From: Spirochaetota bacterium
GTDB lineage: Bacteria; Spirochaetota; UBA4802; UBA5368
Direction of reading: 5' to 3'
Assembly (NCBI GenBank): GCA_004297825.1
Contig: SCSX01000084.1
Location: 42,862-106,861, forward strand
Length of the DNA: 64,000 nucleotides
Both the position numbers and the translations under genes were made by a program. Below are positions 10,559-19,602 of this stretch, piece by piece; positions within the stretch are counted from its first letter, which is position 1, and every line of letters starts with the position of its first letter. The notes under the pieces were generated by a model. That model saw only the letters and a list, made by a program, of their open reading frames with translations. It had not been told where the DNA came from and made no database searches.

Positions 10559-10795
10559 CAGTCCGCTCACGTCGCTGAAGGCCGGACTTTCTTTCGCGGC
10601 GTCCTTGGGGAAGTGCTCATTGTAATCGAAGGCGATGTTTCCTTCGATCTAAATCTCCAGCGCCTTTCCGCGGAATTCCCCGGGGACCTGCGCAACCAGT
10701 GGGCGCTTCCCGCTCCCCGGGAAATGGACCACTTAAAAATTAAATTGACATTTCAGGCGCCGCTTCATGCATGTGAGTAAAATCATGTGGAAAAT

Positions 10796-13078
10796 ATGAA
10801 GGCATTATTCAGAAACCATAATTGCGGTTCCGCGAAGCGCATTCCCAACACGCTCGCCTGGATGGCCGTTACCGTGATGCTCGTGCACGCGGCGCTGTTT
10901 ATCCTGTCCGTGACGGCGCTCACGGTGGTCGCGTCGCAGTCGGCGAGCAGGTTCGCGGGTCTCGCGCTTGAGCATCACAAGACGTTCCTCTTCTGGACGA
11001 ATATCGACCTCCTTCGCGGATACGCGCTGGTCTCCCTGGGGTACGTGCTCCTGGGTTATCCCGTCGTACGGCTCTGGATGGGCAGCCGGGAATGCGTGAC
11101 CCGCTGGGCTATAAGCTGGCGCACCCTGGCACTCACCGGCGTGATCATGGCCTATTGCGTGCTGCGCCTCGTGCACGCGCGCCCGTACTTCCTGAACGCC
11201 GCAAGCTATGATCACTGGTATTTCAAGCTCCTCTCCGGACTTCCCGAAGGGGTACGGCCCCACGTATTTTTCGCGCTCTTCACCGCGCTTCCCGTGGCGG
11301 CGGGATTCTCGGCGGCGGTATATTACGGGACGGTCCTCATCCGGCGCCTCCTGCCGGCATGGCGGCCCGGGCGCGCGGCGGGCGTTTCCACGGCGGCCGG
11401 GGCGCTGATACTCTCCGTATGGGTGGCGGCGCCCCTCGTAAGGGGAGACGAGCCGGTCGCGCTCGGCCGGCAGGGACCGCCCAACGTGCTCATGCTGGTT
11501 TCTGATTCCCTGCGCGGGGACCGTCTTTCGTGCAACGGGTATTATCGGCCCACCACGCCGCACATAGACGAGCTTGCCGCAAAATCGGTGAACTTCCAGC
11601 GCATGATGACCCCGGTCGCTTCCACGCTCGAATCCATGACCACGATCATGACTGGGCAGTACCCGCACACGCACGGGTTCCGTCACATGTACCCCTCCCG
11701 GGAGCGCGTGGACGCGACGCTCGCGCAGTCGCCCACGCTCGCCGGCGCGCTCGCCGCGCGCGGATACGAGACCGCCGCGATGGGGGACTGGTGCGCGGGG
11801 ATTTTCAACGTGGTGCCGCTCGGGTTCCGGGAGGTGCAGGCGAGCGATTTCGACGACTTCAAGCTCTACATGGCCCAGGCGGTTTACATCGCGCACTTCA
11901 TAATTCCTCTCTATTTCGACAACGAGCTGGGCTACCGCATGTTTCCCCGGCTCCAGTCTTTCGCCACGTACGTCACGCCGGACGTGGTCACGGACCGCCT
12001 CGTGGAAAGGCTCGATCGCGCGGCGCGCGGCGGCGATCCGTTCTTCATTACGGCCTTCTACTCGTGCACGCACATTCCGTATTACTGCCCGCCGCCCTAT
12101 CACGAGCTGTACGCCGATCCCGCATATAATGGAAGGAACAAGTTCAAGATGGACTTCAACGTGGACTCGTTCATTCGCGGCGCGGGAATCGAGAAGGAGT
12201 TCGCCGGCATGCCCCCGCACGAGGTGCGCCAGATACGCGATCTCTACGACGGCGCCGTGAATTTTTTCGACAGCCAGGTGGGACGCGTGCTCGCGGGCCT
12301 GGAGCGCGCCGGCCTCGCGGAAAACACCATCGTGATCGTGACCTCCGATCACGGGGACGACCTGTTCGAGCCCAACACGAGCTTCAGCCACGGGCTCTCG
12401 TTCAACGGTGGCGACCAGACGAACCGCATCCCGTTCGTCATGTACGTGCCCGGCGGACGGTTCGCGCCCGCGAAGGTGGCGCAGCTGACCCGCACGATCG
12501 ATATCGCGCCCACGGTGCTCGAGGTACTCGATGTCCCGCGCGCGCCGGGGATGGAGGGGACGAGCCTTCTTCCCTACCTCGAAGGAACGAGCACGGACCT
12601 CTCGCTCGCGTTCTTCGGCGAGACGAGCTACCTGTTTTTCAGGCGGCAGGTCCCCGGAGAGGAGCCGCTCTGGATCGCGCCCCTCGAGGAAACGACGGCG
12701 ATCGATCCGGATTTCGATTTCCATTTCGTGCTCCAGAAAAAATACGAGGCCGACGTGCTGCGCACCAAGGAGCGTTGCATCAGCACGCGGGACTGGAAAC
12801 TCGTTCACACGCCGGGAGTTCACAGGGACATATGGCGCCTCTTCCACCTGCCCACCGATCCCCACTGCGAGCGCGATGTGAAGCGCGCCTACCCGCGGGT
12901 ATGGAGGGCGATGCAGGCGAAGCTTCGCATGTGGGCGGACGAGCGGCGCGAGAGCCGCGTGTGCGAGATTTTCCCTTCCGATGACGGGGGCGCACCGTGG
13001 GAAGGCAAGGAACAGGAAACGCCGGAAGGCAAAGGCGGTAGGATCGCATCGGTGGAGGACGCGTTCCTGGATCGCTGA
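10796..13078 (+). CDS. Membrane-anchored sulfatase/alkaline-phosphatase-fold hydrolase or transferase
   Basis: About 5 N-terminal TM segments; PNVL...DSLR.D, TPHID, TGQYPHTHG, YDG....D, TSDHG; start position uncertain. Confidence 0.8.
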   Translation: MKALFRNHNCGSAKRIPNTLAWMAVTVMLVHAALFILSVTALTVVASQSASRFAGLALEHHKTFLFWTNIDLLRGYALVSLGYVLLGYPVVRLWMGSRECVTRWAISWRTLALTGVIMAYCVLRLVHARPYFLNAASYDHWYFKLLSGLPEGVRPHVFFALFTALPVAAGFSAAVYYGTVLIRRLLPAWRPGRAAGVSTAAGALILSVWVAAPLVRGDEPVALGRQGPPNVLMLVSDSLRGDRLSCNGYYRPTTPHIDELAAKSVNFQRMMTPVASTLESMTTIMTGQYPHTHGFRHMYPSRERVDATLAQSPTLAGALAARGYETAAMGDWCAGIFNVVPLGFREVQASDFDDFKLYMAQAVYIAHFIIPLYFDNELGYRMFPRLQSFATYVTPDVVTDRLVERLDRAARGGDPFFITAFYSCTHIPYYCPPPYHELYADPAYNGRNKFKMDFNVDSFIRGAGIEKEFAGMPPHEVRQIRDLYDGAVNFFDSQVGRVLAGLERAGLAENTIVIVTSDHGDDLFEPNTSFSHGLSFNGGDQTNRIPFVMYVPGGRFAPAKVAQLTRTIDIAPTVLEVLDVPRAPGMEGTSLLPYLEGTSTDLSLAFFGETSYLFFRRQVPGEEPLWIAPLEETTAIDPDFDFHFVLQKKYEADVLRTKERCISTRDWKLVHTPGVHRDIWRLFHLPTDPHCERDVKRAYPRVWRAMQAKLRMWADERRESRVCEIFPSDDGGAPWEGKEQETPEGKGGRIASVEDAFLDR

Positions 13079-13458
13079 TGCGGCTTCGCCTGTGCGCGCA
13101 CAAAGCGGCTGCGCGGAAACTTCACCTCATGACACGCGCTTCCCGCGAAGCACGGAGATTCGAACGGGCAGGGAGCGCGAAACCCGGTCCGTGGGCGTAT
13201 CGGCCCCCATGCCGAAACGCCGTGCGTATTCGATCCGTCTATAAAGCGCGTACATGATCCCAACCAAGAACCATCGCTTCATCCGGACGGGATGGTCCGA
13301 TTCGCATTGCATAAAGACCACACTGTATTCCGTTAACCGGACACAAACCCCGCGGGAGTGCCCCGGAGGCCCCTGAAAACAATCGCGCGCGCAACTAAAT
13401 CATTGACAGAATGCGCGCCGTGATTTTGAATTCTTGAAACTTGAACGAGGGGACACGC

Positions 13459-14226
13459 ATGAAAATAGAAAACGCCGTTGCAATCGTAACCGGAGGCGCG
13501 TCGGGGCTGGGCGAGGCCGCGCTGCGGGGCATACTCGCGCGCGGGGGCAAAGCCGCGATCCTGGATATCGCCGACGACAAGGGCGCGCGCCTGGTGGCGG
13601 AGCTCGGGGCCTCCGTGATCTACTGCCGTACGGACGTCGCGAACGAAGACGACGTGGCGAAGGCGGTGGCCGCAACGGCCGCGAAGTTTGGAACCGTGAA
13701 CGTCGCGGTGAACGCGGCGGGAATCGCGCCGTCCGCGCGCACGGTCGGGAAGAAGGGCCCGGCCGGTCTGGCCGATTTCGAGCGGGTCGTACGCGTGAAC
13801 CTTACGGGAACCTTCAACGTAATACGGCTCGCGGCGGCCAGGATGATCGAAAACGCCCCGGACGCGGACGGCGAGCGCGGCGTGATCGTGAACACGGCCT
13901 CGATCGCGGCCTTCGAGGGGCAGATAGGGCAGGCGGCGTACGCGGCCTCGAAGGCGGGCGTGGTGGGCATGACGCTCCCCGTTGCGCGCGATCTCGCGGG
14001 CTACGGGATACGCAACGTGACGATCGCCCCGGGCATTTTCGATACGCCCATGATGGCGACGATCGCGCCCGATATCCGGGAAGCACTGGGCAAGAGCGTC
14101 CCGTTTCCGCAGCGCCTGGGGAGGCCGGACGAGTTCGGCGCCATGGTTGTGCATGTAATAGAAAACAGCATGCTGAACGGGGAAACGATACGACTGGACG
14201 GCGCCATGCGCATGGCGGCGAAGTAG
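13459..14226 (+). CDS. SDR, 3-hydroxyacyl-CoA dehydrogenase type II (HSD17B10-like)
   Basis: TGGASGLG, ERGVIVNTAS.AAFEGQIGQAAYAASK, IRLDGAMRM. Confidence 0.9.
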   Translation: MKIENAVAIVTGGASGLGEAALRGILARGGKAAILDIADDKGARLVAELGASVIYCRTDVANEDDVAKAVAATAAKFGTVNVAVNAAGIAPSARTVGKKGPAGLADFERVVRVNLTGTFNVIRLAAARMIENAPDADGERGVIVNTASIAAFEGQIGQAAYAASKAGVVGMTLPVARDLAGYGIRNVTIAPGIFDTPMMATIAPDIREALGKSVPFPQRLGRPDEFGAMVVHVIENSMLNGETIRLDGAMRMAAK

Positions 14227-14243
14227 GAGACAAGGAGACCAAC

Positions 14244-15416
14244 ATGAAAGAAGTGGTAATCGTAAGCGCATGCAGGACGGCGCTGGGGTCATATAACGGG
14301 TCGCTTGCCGGGATCGGCGGGACGAAGCTGGGCGCGATCGTGATCGAAGAGGCGGTGAAGCGCGCGGGGATAAAAAAGGAGCACGTGAACGAGGCCATCA
14401 TGGGCATGGTGCTTCCCTGCGGCTACGGCCAGAACCCGGCGAAGCAGGCGGTCGTGCAGGCCGGCATGCCCTGGGAGGTCGAGGCGATCACGGTGAACAA
14501 GGTATGCGGGTCCGGCCTCAAGGCCGTGATGCTGGGTGCGCAGGCCATCCAGGCCGGGGACGCGGACGTCGTCGTCGCCGGGGGCATGGAAAACATGAGC
14601 ATGGCCCCGTACTACCTCGAGAAGGCGCGCTTTGGCTACCGCATGGGGAACGAGAAGATCAGGGACCACATGGTTCACGACGGCCTGTGGGACGTGGTGA
14701 ACGATTTCCACATGGGCGGCTCCAACGAGCTTTGCGCGGAGCGCTACAAGGTGAGCCGCGAGGACCAGGACCGGTTCGCGGCCGAATCCTACCGCAAGGC
14801 TCTTGAAGCAATCAAGGCCGGCCGATTCAAGGACGAGATTGTTCCGGTCACCGTAAAGGGGAGAAAGGGCGACGTGATTTTCGACACGGACGAGTGCCCC
14901 GTACCCACGGACTACGAGACGCTGGCTAGAATGAAGCCCGCCTTCAAGGAAGGGGGGACCGGCACCGCCGGGAACGCGTCCATTATCAGCGACGGTGGCG
15001 CGGCGGTCGTGCTCATGTCGCGCGAGAAGGCGAAGGAGCTCGGCTGCACGGTACGCGCGACGGTGTGCGCGCAGGCGTCCTATGGGATCGACATGAAGTA
15101 CGTGCTGGTCGCCCCCATCTGGGCGATCCCGAAGTGCCTCAAGAAAGAAGGCATCTCGAAAGACGATGTGGATCTCTGGGAAGTGAACGAGGCGTTCAGC
15201 GGATCGAGCGTCGCCGTCATCAGGGAACTGGGCCTGGACCAGTCGAAGATCAACGTGAACGGCGGGGCAGTCGCGCTGGGACATCCCATAGGCGCAAGCG
15301 GCTGCCGCGTGCTTGTGACCCTCATCCACGAACTGGAGAAGCGCGACAAGCACACGGGCCTCGCGACGCTCTGCCTGGGCGGAGGAGAGGCGGTGGCGCT
15401 GATTGTGAGACGCTAA
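14244..15416 (+). CDS. Acetyl-CoA C-acetyltransferase (thiolase)
   Basis: NKVCGSG, NEAF, GHPIGASG, CLGGG; AAGGAG RBS upstream of ATG 14244. Confidence 0.92.
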   Translation: MKEVVIVSACRTALGSYNGSLAGIGGTKLGAIVIEEAVKRAGIKKEHVNEAIMGMVLPCGYGQNPAKQAVVQAGMPWEVEAITVNKVCGSGLKAVMLGAQAIQAGDADVVVAGGMENMSMAPYYLEKARFGYRMGNEKIRDHMVHDGLWDVVNDFHMGGSNELCAERYKVSREDQDRFAAESYRKALEAIKAGRFKDEIVPVTVKGRKGDVIFDTDECPVPTDYETLARMKPAFKEGGTGTAGNASIISDGGAAVVLMSREKAKELGCTVRATVCAQASYGIDMKYVLVAPIWAIPKCLKKEGISKDDVDLWEVNEAFSGSSVAVIRELGLDQSKINVNGGAVALGHPIGASGCRVLVTLIHELEKRDKHTGLATLCLGGGEAVALIVRR

Positions 15417-15426
15417 CTAGAAAGAC

Positions 15427-15480
15427 GTGTAAGAATTGGAGATGGGGAGAGGGATGAGATCGGGGGGATGTCAAGAATTT
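15427..15480 (+). repeat. Purine-rich dispersed repeat, copy 1
   Basis: GTGTAAGAATTGGAGATGGGGAGAGGGATGAGAT... similar to 18726-18779 and, in reverse, to 16314-16337. Confidence 0.55.
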
Positions 15481-15535
15481 GATAATTTGGTAATTAAAAT
15501 CAGCCCCCGGAGCAATTCCGAGGGCTTTTATTAAT

Positions 15536-15937
15536 TTAAGCACCAGCGCTCTGCCGCGGCCTTTCGCGGTTTCTGCCGGTCGAATATTCTCTTACAAGAA
15601 TGTCCGCCGGAATGGCGAATTTTTCGACCAGAGCCCTGATCATCGTGATCGAGAGCGGGCGTTTTTTGGTCATCACGTCATGAACGCGGTTGCGCGGGCC
15701 TATCACGCCCTCGAGGTCTTTATTGGTAAGACCGTTCTGTTCCAAATAAAACTTGATGGCGCTGATGGGATCCGGCGTTTCAATCGGGAAATGCTCGCTT
15801 TCATATTCCCCGATTAACAGCGCCAGGATTTTTAATTCATCGGATTCCGGCGTCCCCTTCTTCGCATCCATGAGGCTGCCAAGGCGCTCCAGGGCGGCTG
15901 CGTAATCGCGTTTATTGTGTATTGCTGTTATATTCAT
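15536..15937 (-). CDS. higA: HigA-type antitoxin (HTH)
   Basis: DY.AAL..., L..LI..YE..HFPI..PDPI.AIKF..EQ.GL...DL, KRPLS..MIRAL. Confidence 0.88.
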   Translation of the reverse strand: MNITAIHNKRDYAAALERLGSLMDAKKGTPESDELKILALLIGEYESEHFPIETPDPISAIKFYLEQNGLTNKDLEGVIGPRNRVHDVMTKKRPLSITMIRALVEKFAIPADILVREYSTGRNRERPRQSAGA

Positions 15938-15939
15938 GG

Positions 15940-16233
15940 CTAAATCTCCTCGGCGTTAATCTTGTCGTACTCGGTATGAGTTCCTAAAAACCTTATCCAA
16001 ACTATCCTATGCTCGTAATTAACCTTTATGACGAGTCGGTAGTTACCTCCACAGATATCAAACACCGCTCTGTTCCCCGACAGGATGCACGCCTTTGTAA
16101 ATTGCTTCTTGATATCCTTTGGGCTCTTCCAGTCGGCCCGTTTCGCGAACCCAACCCATGCGCGTAACGGCTCTTCGGTCTCTTTGTGATTCGTCCAGTA
16201 TTTGCGAAGCGTACCTGCGCTGATTATTCTCAT
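15940..16233 (-). CDS. higB: HigB-type toxin (RelE superfamily)
   Basis: MRIIS..TL..YW, W.SP.DIK, RAVFDI.G..YRL, FLGTH.EYDKI; toxin-first gene order. Confidence 0.9.
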   Translation of the reverse strand: MRIISAGTLRKYWTNHKETEEPLRAWVGFAKRADWKSPKDIKKQFTKACILSGNRAVFDICGGNYRLVIKVNYEHRIVWIRFLGTHTEYDKINAEEI

Positions 16234-16276
16234 CACTTACAAGTACGTGTTTCAGACGCTAAATGTCAAACCAAAA

Positions 16277-16293
16277 GTTACCATAATGGTAAC
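16277..16293. promoter_or_regulatory. Candidate HigA operator GTTACCAT-A-ATGGTAAC
   Basis: Perfect 8-bp inverted repeat 43 bp upstream of the higB ATG. Confidence 0.65.
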
Positions 16294-16313
16294 ATTGTAA
16301 TGCATGGTTTTAA

Positions 16314-16337
16314 CCCCCCCTCCCCCGCTCCTTACAC
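16314..16337 (-). repeat. Purine-rich dispersed repeat, partial inverted copy
   Basis: Minus strand reads GTGTAAGGAGCGGGGGAGGGGGGG. Confidence 0.4.
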
Positions 16338-16435
16338 ATTTATCTCCCACCATTGCCCCTGGAAATTTTTCCCCGGGGTTGACCGTTCCACCGGATTTCC
16401 GTACTTTTTTTAACTGTGCAAGGGGAGGGGAAACG

Positions 16436-16945
16436 ATGAAGCATAAAATAGTGACGTACATATGGTTCGACAACGGCGCCGAGGAGGCGGTGAAGTTTTA
16501 CAAGAAGGTGTTCGGGGACAATTTGAAGGTCGGGGGCACTACACACTATACGACCGAGACCCCGAGCAATAAACCCATAGGAAGCGTATTGACCGTGGAG
16601 TTCGAGCTTTTCGGACAGCGGTTCGGGCTGTTGAACGGGGGACCGTATTTCAAGCCGAATGAAGCCGTTTCATTCCTGATAGAATGCGAGGACCAGAAGG
16701 AGATCGACAAGTACTGGAACGCGCTGTCTGCCGATCCGGGCTCCGAGATGTGCGGCTGGCTCAAGGACAAGTACGGGGTCTCATGGCAGGTCGCCCCGAA
16801 GGCCCTGGAAGCCATGATCGCTTCGAAGGATACGGAAGCCGCGGCGCGGGCCATGAAGGCCCTGCTCGGGATGAAAAAGCTCATCCTCGCGGATTTGGAG
16901 AAGGCGTTCAAGGGCCCGGGTCACAGGCTGTCTAAGGCCGGCTGA
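16436..16945 (+). CDS. VOC/PhnB family protein (3-demethylubiquinone methyltransferase-like)
   Basis: WFD..AEEA..FY, LNGGP.FK.NEAVS, CGWLKDKYGVSWQV. Confidence 0.88.
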   Translation: MKHKIVTYIWFDNGAEEAVKFYKKVFGDNLKVGGTTHYTTETPSNKPIGSVLTVEFELFGQRFGLLNGGPYFKPNEAVSFLIECEDQKEIDKYWNALSADPGSEMCGWLKDKYGVSWQVAPKALEAMIASKDTEAAARAMKALLGMKKLILADLEKAFKGPGHRLSKAG

Positions 16946-16964
16946 TCCCTGGAGCCACGCGGGC

Positions 16965-18107
16965 TTAGTCCGCGTAGCCCCTCTCCGTCTCGCGCGCGAT
17001 GACCATGCGCTGCACCTCGGAGGTGCCCTCGTAGATCGTCGTCACGCGCGCGTCGCGGTAGATGCGCTCGATTTTGTTGTCGCGGATATACCCGTAGCCG
17101 CCGAATACCTGGAGCGCCTTGTAGGCGGAGCGGTTCGCCGCTTCCGACGCGAAGAGCTTCGCGATGGACGCCTCGCGCGAAAAGGGGAGCTTCCGGTCCT
17201 TCATGGACGCCGCCGACCACGTGAGAAGCCGCGCGGCCTCGCTGTCCACGGAAATGTCCGCGATCATATTCTGGATCGACTGATGGCGGATAATGGCCCT
17301 TCCGAACTGCTTGCGCACCTGCGCATACTCGCTCGCCTCGTGCAGCGCCGCCGCGATCATGCCGGTCGCCTGCGAGGCGATGCCGATCCTCCCGCTGTCG
17401 AGCGCCCCGAGCGCGGTCTTGAGCCCCATGCCGGGCCCTCCGAGCATGTAGCGCTCCGGAACCTCGCAGTCCTCCAGAATGAGCTCCACGGTATTCGACG
17501 CGAGGAGCCCCATCTTGTGCTCCTCCTTGCCGATCTTCAATCCCTTCGTGCCGGCGGGAATGAGGAACGCCGACGTCCCGTTCCTGTCCGCGGAGGTGCG
17601 CGCCATCAGGATGAAAACGCCCGCGTACGCGCCGTTCGTGATGAACATCTTCGTCCCGTTCAGGATGTAGCTCTTGCCTTTCTTAACCGCGGAGGTTTTT
17701 AAAGACGAGGGGTCCGATCCTGCCTCCGGCTCGGTGAGCGCGAACGCGCCGACATGTTCGCCGGATGCAAGGGGAACCAGGAACTCCATTTTCTGTTCCT
17801 CGGTGCCATAGTTGAGGATGGGATCGGTGCAGAGGTTCGTCACCGAGAGCGTGACGGCCACCGATGCGCAGGAAAAGGCGATCTCCTGGAGCGCGAGGCT
17901 GTAGCTCACCGCGCCTGCGGCGGAGCCGCCATACTGCTCCGGGACCATCATGCCGAAAAGCCCGAGCCCCCCGAGCTTCGCGATGATATCTTTCGGGTAT
18001 TCGCCGCGCAGGTTGTACTCCTGGGCGATCGGCTCGATCTCGCCGCGGGCGAACTCGCGGATCATGTCCCGTATCATTATCTGTTCGTCGGTAAGCGGAA
18101 GTTTCAT
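16965..18107 (-). CDS. Acyl-CoA dehydrogenase
   Basis: FALTEPEAGSD, GTKMFITNG, GRIGIASQ, RKQFG, GGYGY, IYEGTSE. Confidence 0.93.
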   Translation of the reverse strand: MKLPLTDEQIMIRDMIREFARGEIEPIAQEYNLRGEYPKDIIAKLGGLGLFGMMVPEQYGGSAAGAVSYSLALQEIAFSCASVAVTLSVTNLCTDPILNYGTEEQKMEFLVPLASGEHVGAFALTEPEAGSDPSSLKTSAVKKGKSYILNGTKMFITNGAYAGVFILMARTSADRNGTSAFLIPAGTKGLKIGKEEHKMGLLASNTVELILEDCEVPERYMLGGPGMGLKTALGALDSGRIGIASQATGMIAAALHEASEYAQVRKQFGRAIIRHQSIQNMIADISVDSEAARLLTWSAASMKDRKLPFSREASIAKLFASEAANRSAYKALQVFGGYGYIRDNKIERIYRDARVTTIYEGTSEVQRMVIARETERGYAD

Positions 18108-18116
18108 CGTTCTCTC

Positions 18117-18680
18117 CTATGGCGTGTACAGGGTGACGATGAGTACGGTCTTCGCCTTCCCGGGGTTCCTGAGCGAGTGACGGACGCTGGAATCGAAATG
18201 GAGCGTAGTGTCCTTTTTGAGATGGTGCTCCTTCTGCCCCACCTTCACCATGACCTCGCCCTTGAGCACGTAGACGAACTCCTCGCCCTCGTGCTGGTAG
18301 CGCTGGCCCGGAAGCTCCGAGCGCGGGGGGATGGTCACGCGAAACGAGCGCAGATGGCCCTTCATCGCGTTAGGCGTGAGCACCTCGTACTCGTAGGCCT
18401 GCTCGCGGCTCTTGAAGCCGCGAATCCGGTCCTTCTCGCGCTCCCGGTCCTTGCCAGTGTCCTTTTTCAGGAGTTCGCCCGGGTCTATCGTGAGCGCCCG
18501 CGCGATTTTCAGGATATCGCCCACCGGGGCGAAATCGGTGCCGTCCTCGATCCGGGCGAGGTGCGCCTCGGCGAGCCCGGTTTTCGCGGCCAGTTCCCCG
18601 ATGCTCATCTTGAGCTTGCTGCGCCTGGTCTTGAGCGCGCGCGCAAGCGCGCCTCCGTGCGGTGCGGGTGTTGAATGCAT
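18117..18680 (-). CDS. XRE-family HTH regulator with cupin domain
   Basis: N-terminal HTH; HEGEEFVYVLKG and HFDS...H cupin motif. Confidence 0.88.
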   Translation of the reverse strand: MHSTPAPHGGALARALKTRRSKLKMSIGELAAKTGLAEAHLARIEDGTDFAPVGDILKIARALTIDPGELLKKDTGKDREREKDRIRGFKSREQAYEYEVLTPNAMKGHLRSFRVTIPPRSELPGQRYQHEGEEFVYVLKGEVMVKVGQKEHHLKKDTTLHFDSSVRHSLRNPGKAKTVLIVTLYTP

Positions 18681-18725
18681 GCGTACCTCCGCGTTTTCTG
18701 TTTCAATATGGGTGCGAAAAAAAAG

Positions 18726-18779
18726 GTGTAAGAATGGGGGAGAGGGGGATGGGATGAGATTGAGGAGATATCAGAATTA
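18726..18779 (+). repeat. Purine-rich dispersed repeat, copy 2
   Basis: GTGTAAGAATGGGGGAGAGGGGGATGGGATGAGAT... similar to 15427-15480. Confidence 0.55.
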
Positions 18780-18828
18780 TTAATAGCTAAGGCGATAGAA
18801 TGTTTCCCCGGTCGCCGCTTCCCGATTC

Positions 18829-18846
18829 TTACGAAACGTTTCGCAA
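18829..18846. promoter_or_regulatory. Candidate operator TTACGAAACGTTTCGCAA
   Basis: 12-bp perfect core palindrome CGAAACGTTTCG in a divergent intergenic region. Confidence 0.45.
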
Positions 18847-18982
18847 TAAATTAGTTTGATGGTAAAATTATGCAAGCAATAAACTGATAGGGTTGTCGTG
18901 CGGGTTGCCTTGGGAACGGCGGCAGGATACCTTATTCAAGATGACGTCTCGATCAATACCGGGGAATGCGGGAGGGTGCACG

Positions 18983-19501
18983 ATGCGGAACATCACGCCA
19001 CATCTATGGTTCGACAAGGAGGCCGCGGAGGCGGCCGTGTTTTATTGTTCGGTTTTCTCAAATTCGAGGATTACGGGGATCACTACCATCCACGAGGTCC
19101 CGAGCCCCACGGGGGACAGCGATATCGTCTCGTTCGAGCTCAGGGGCCTGCCCTTCATGGCGATCAACGCCGGTCCCCTTTTCACCTTCAACCCCTCGGT
19201 GTCGTTTTTGGTGAATTACGACCCGTCGCGGGAACGCGAAGCCTCCGAAAATATCGATGCGGCGTGGGAAATGCTTTTACCGGGCGGGACGGTCCTCATG
19301 CCCCTGCAGGAGTACCCGTGGAGCAGGCGATACGGCTGGATAAAGGACAAATACGGGCTTTCCTGGCAGGTGACTCCCACCATCATGGCCGAAATGATGG
19401 CGAAGGGCACACCCGAACAGGTCGCCCGCGTCACCAGGGCGTTCCTTCCCATGAAGAAGTTCGATCTGGGCGCGCTGCAGAAGGCGTACGAAGGGCCGTG
19501 A
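18983..19501 (+). CDS. VOC/PhnB family protein, second copy
   Basis: ITPHLWFDKEA.EAA.FY, NAGPLF.FNPS.SF, YGWIKDKYGLSWQ, MKKFD. Confidence 0.85.
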   Translation: MRNITPHLWFDKEAAEAAVFYCSVFSNSRITGITTIHEVPSPTGDSDIVSFELRGLPFMAINAGPLFTFNPSVSFLVNYDPSREREASENIDAAWEMLLPGGTVLMPLQEYPWSRRYGWIKDKYGLSWQVTPTIMAEMMAKGTPEQVARVTRAFLPMKKFDLGALQKAYEGP

Positions 19502-19507
19502 CCGGCG

Positions 19508-19602
19508 TTCCCCGTAGAGACGCGATTAATCGCGTCTCTACGGGGAATTCACACCGCGTCTCTACAGGGAATTCACGCCGCGTCCCCACAGGGAATTCAC
19601 AC
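19508..19602. repeat. GTAG-type REP-like 40-bp perfect palindrome followed by three 24-bp tandem units
   Basis: Palindrome TTCCCCGTAGAGACGCGATT|AATCGCGTCTCTACGGGGAA at 19508-19547; units at 19531, 19555 and 19579. Confidence 0.85.

Noticed and set aside
10805..12865. 686-aa antisense ORF
   Set aside because: Shadow of the GC-rich sulfatase-fold gene, with no recognisable motifs.
13434..15416. 660-aa ORF suggesting an SDR-thiolase fusion or frameshift
   Set aside because: The N-terminal part is an off-frame Arg/Gly-rich reading of the SDR gene. The thiolase has its own RBS and ATG at 14244.
19531..19602. Possible mini-CRISPR array
   Set aside because: The 24-bp units are directly adjacent with no spacers, and there are no cas genes in the window.
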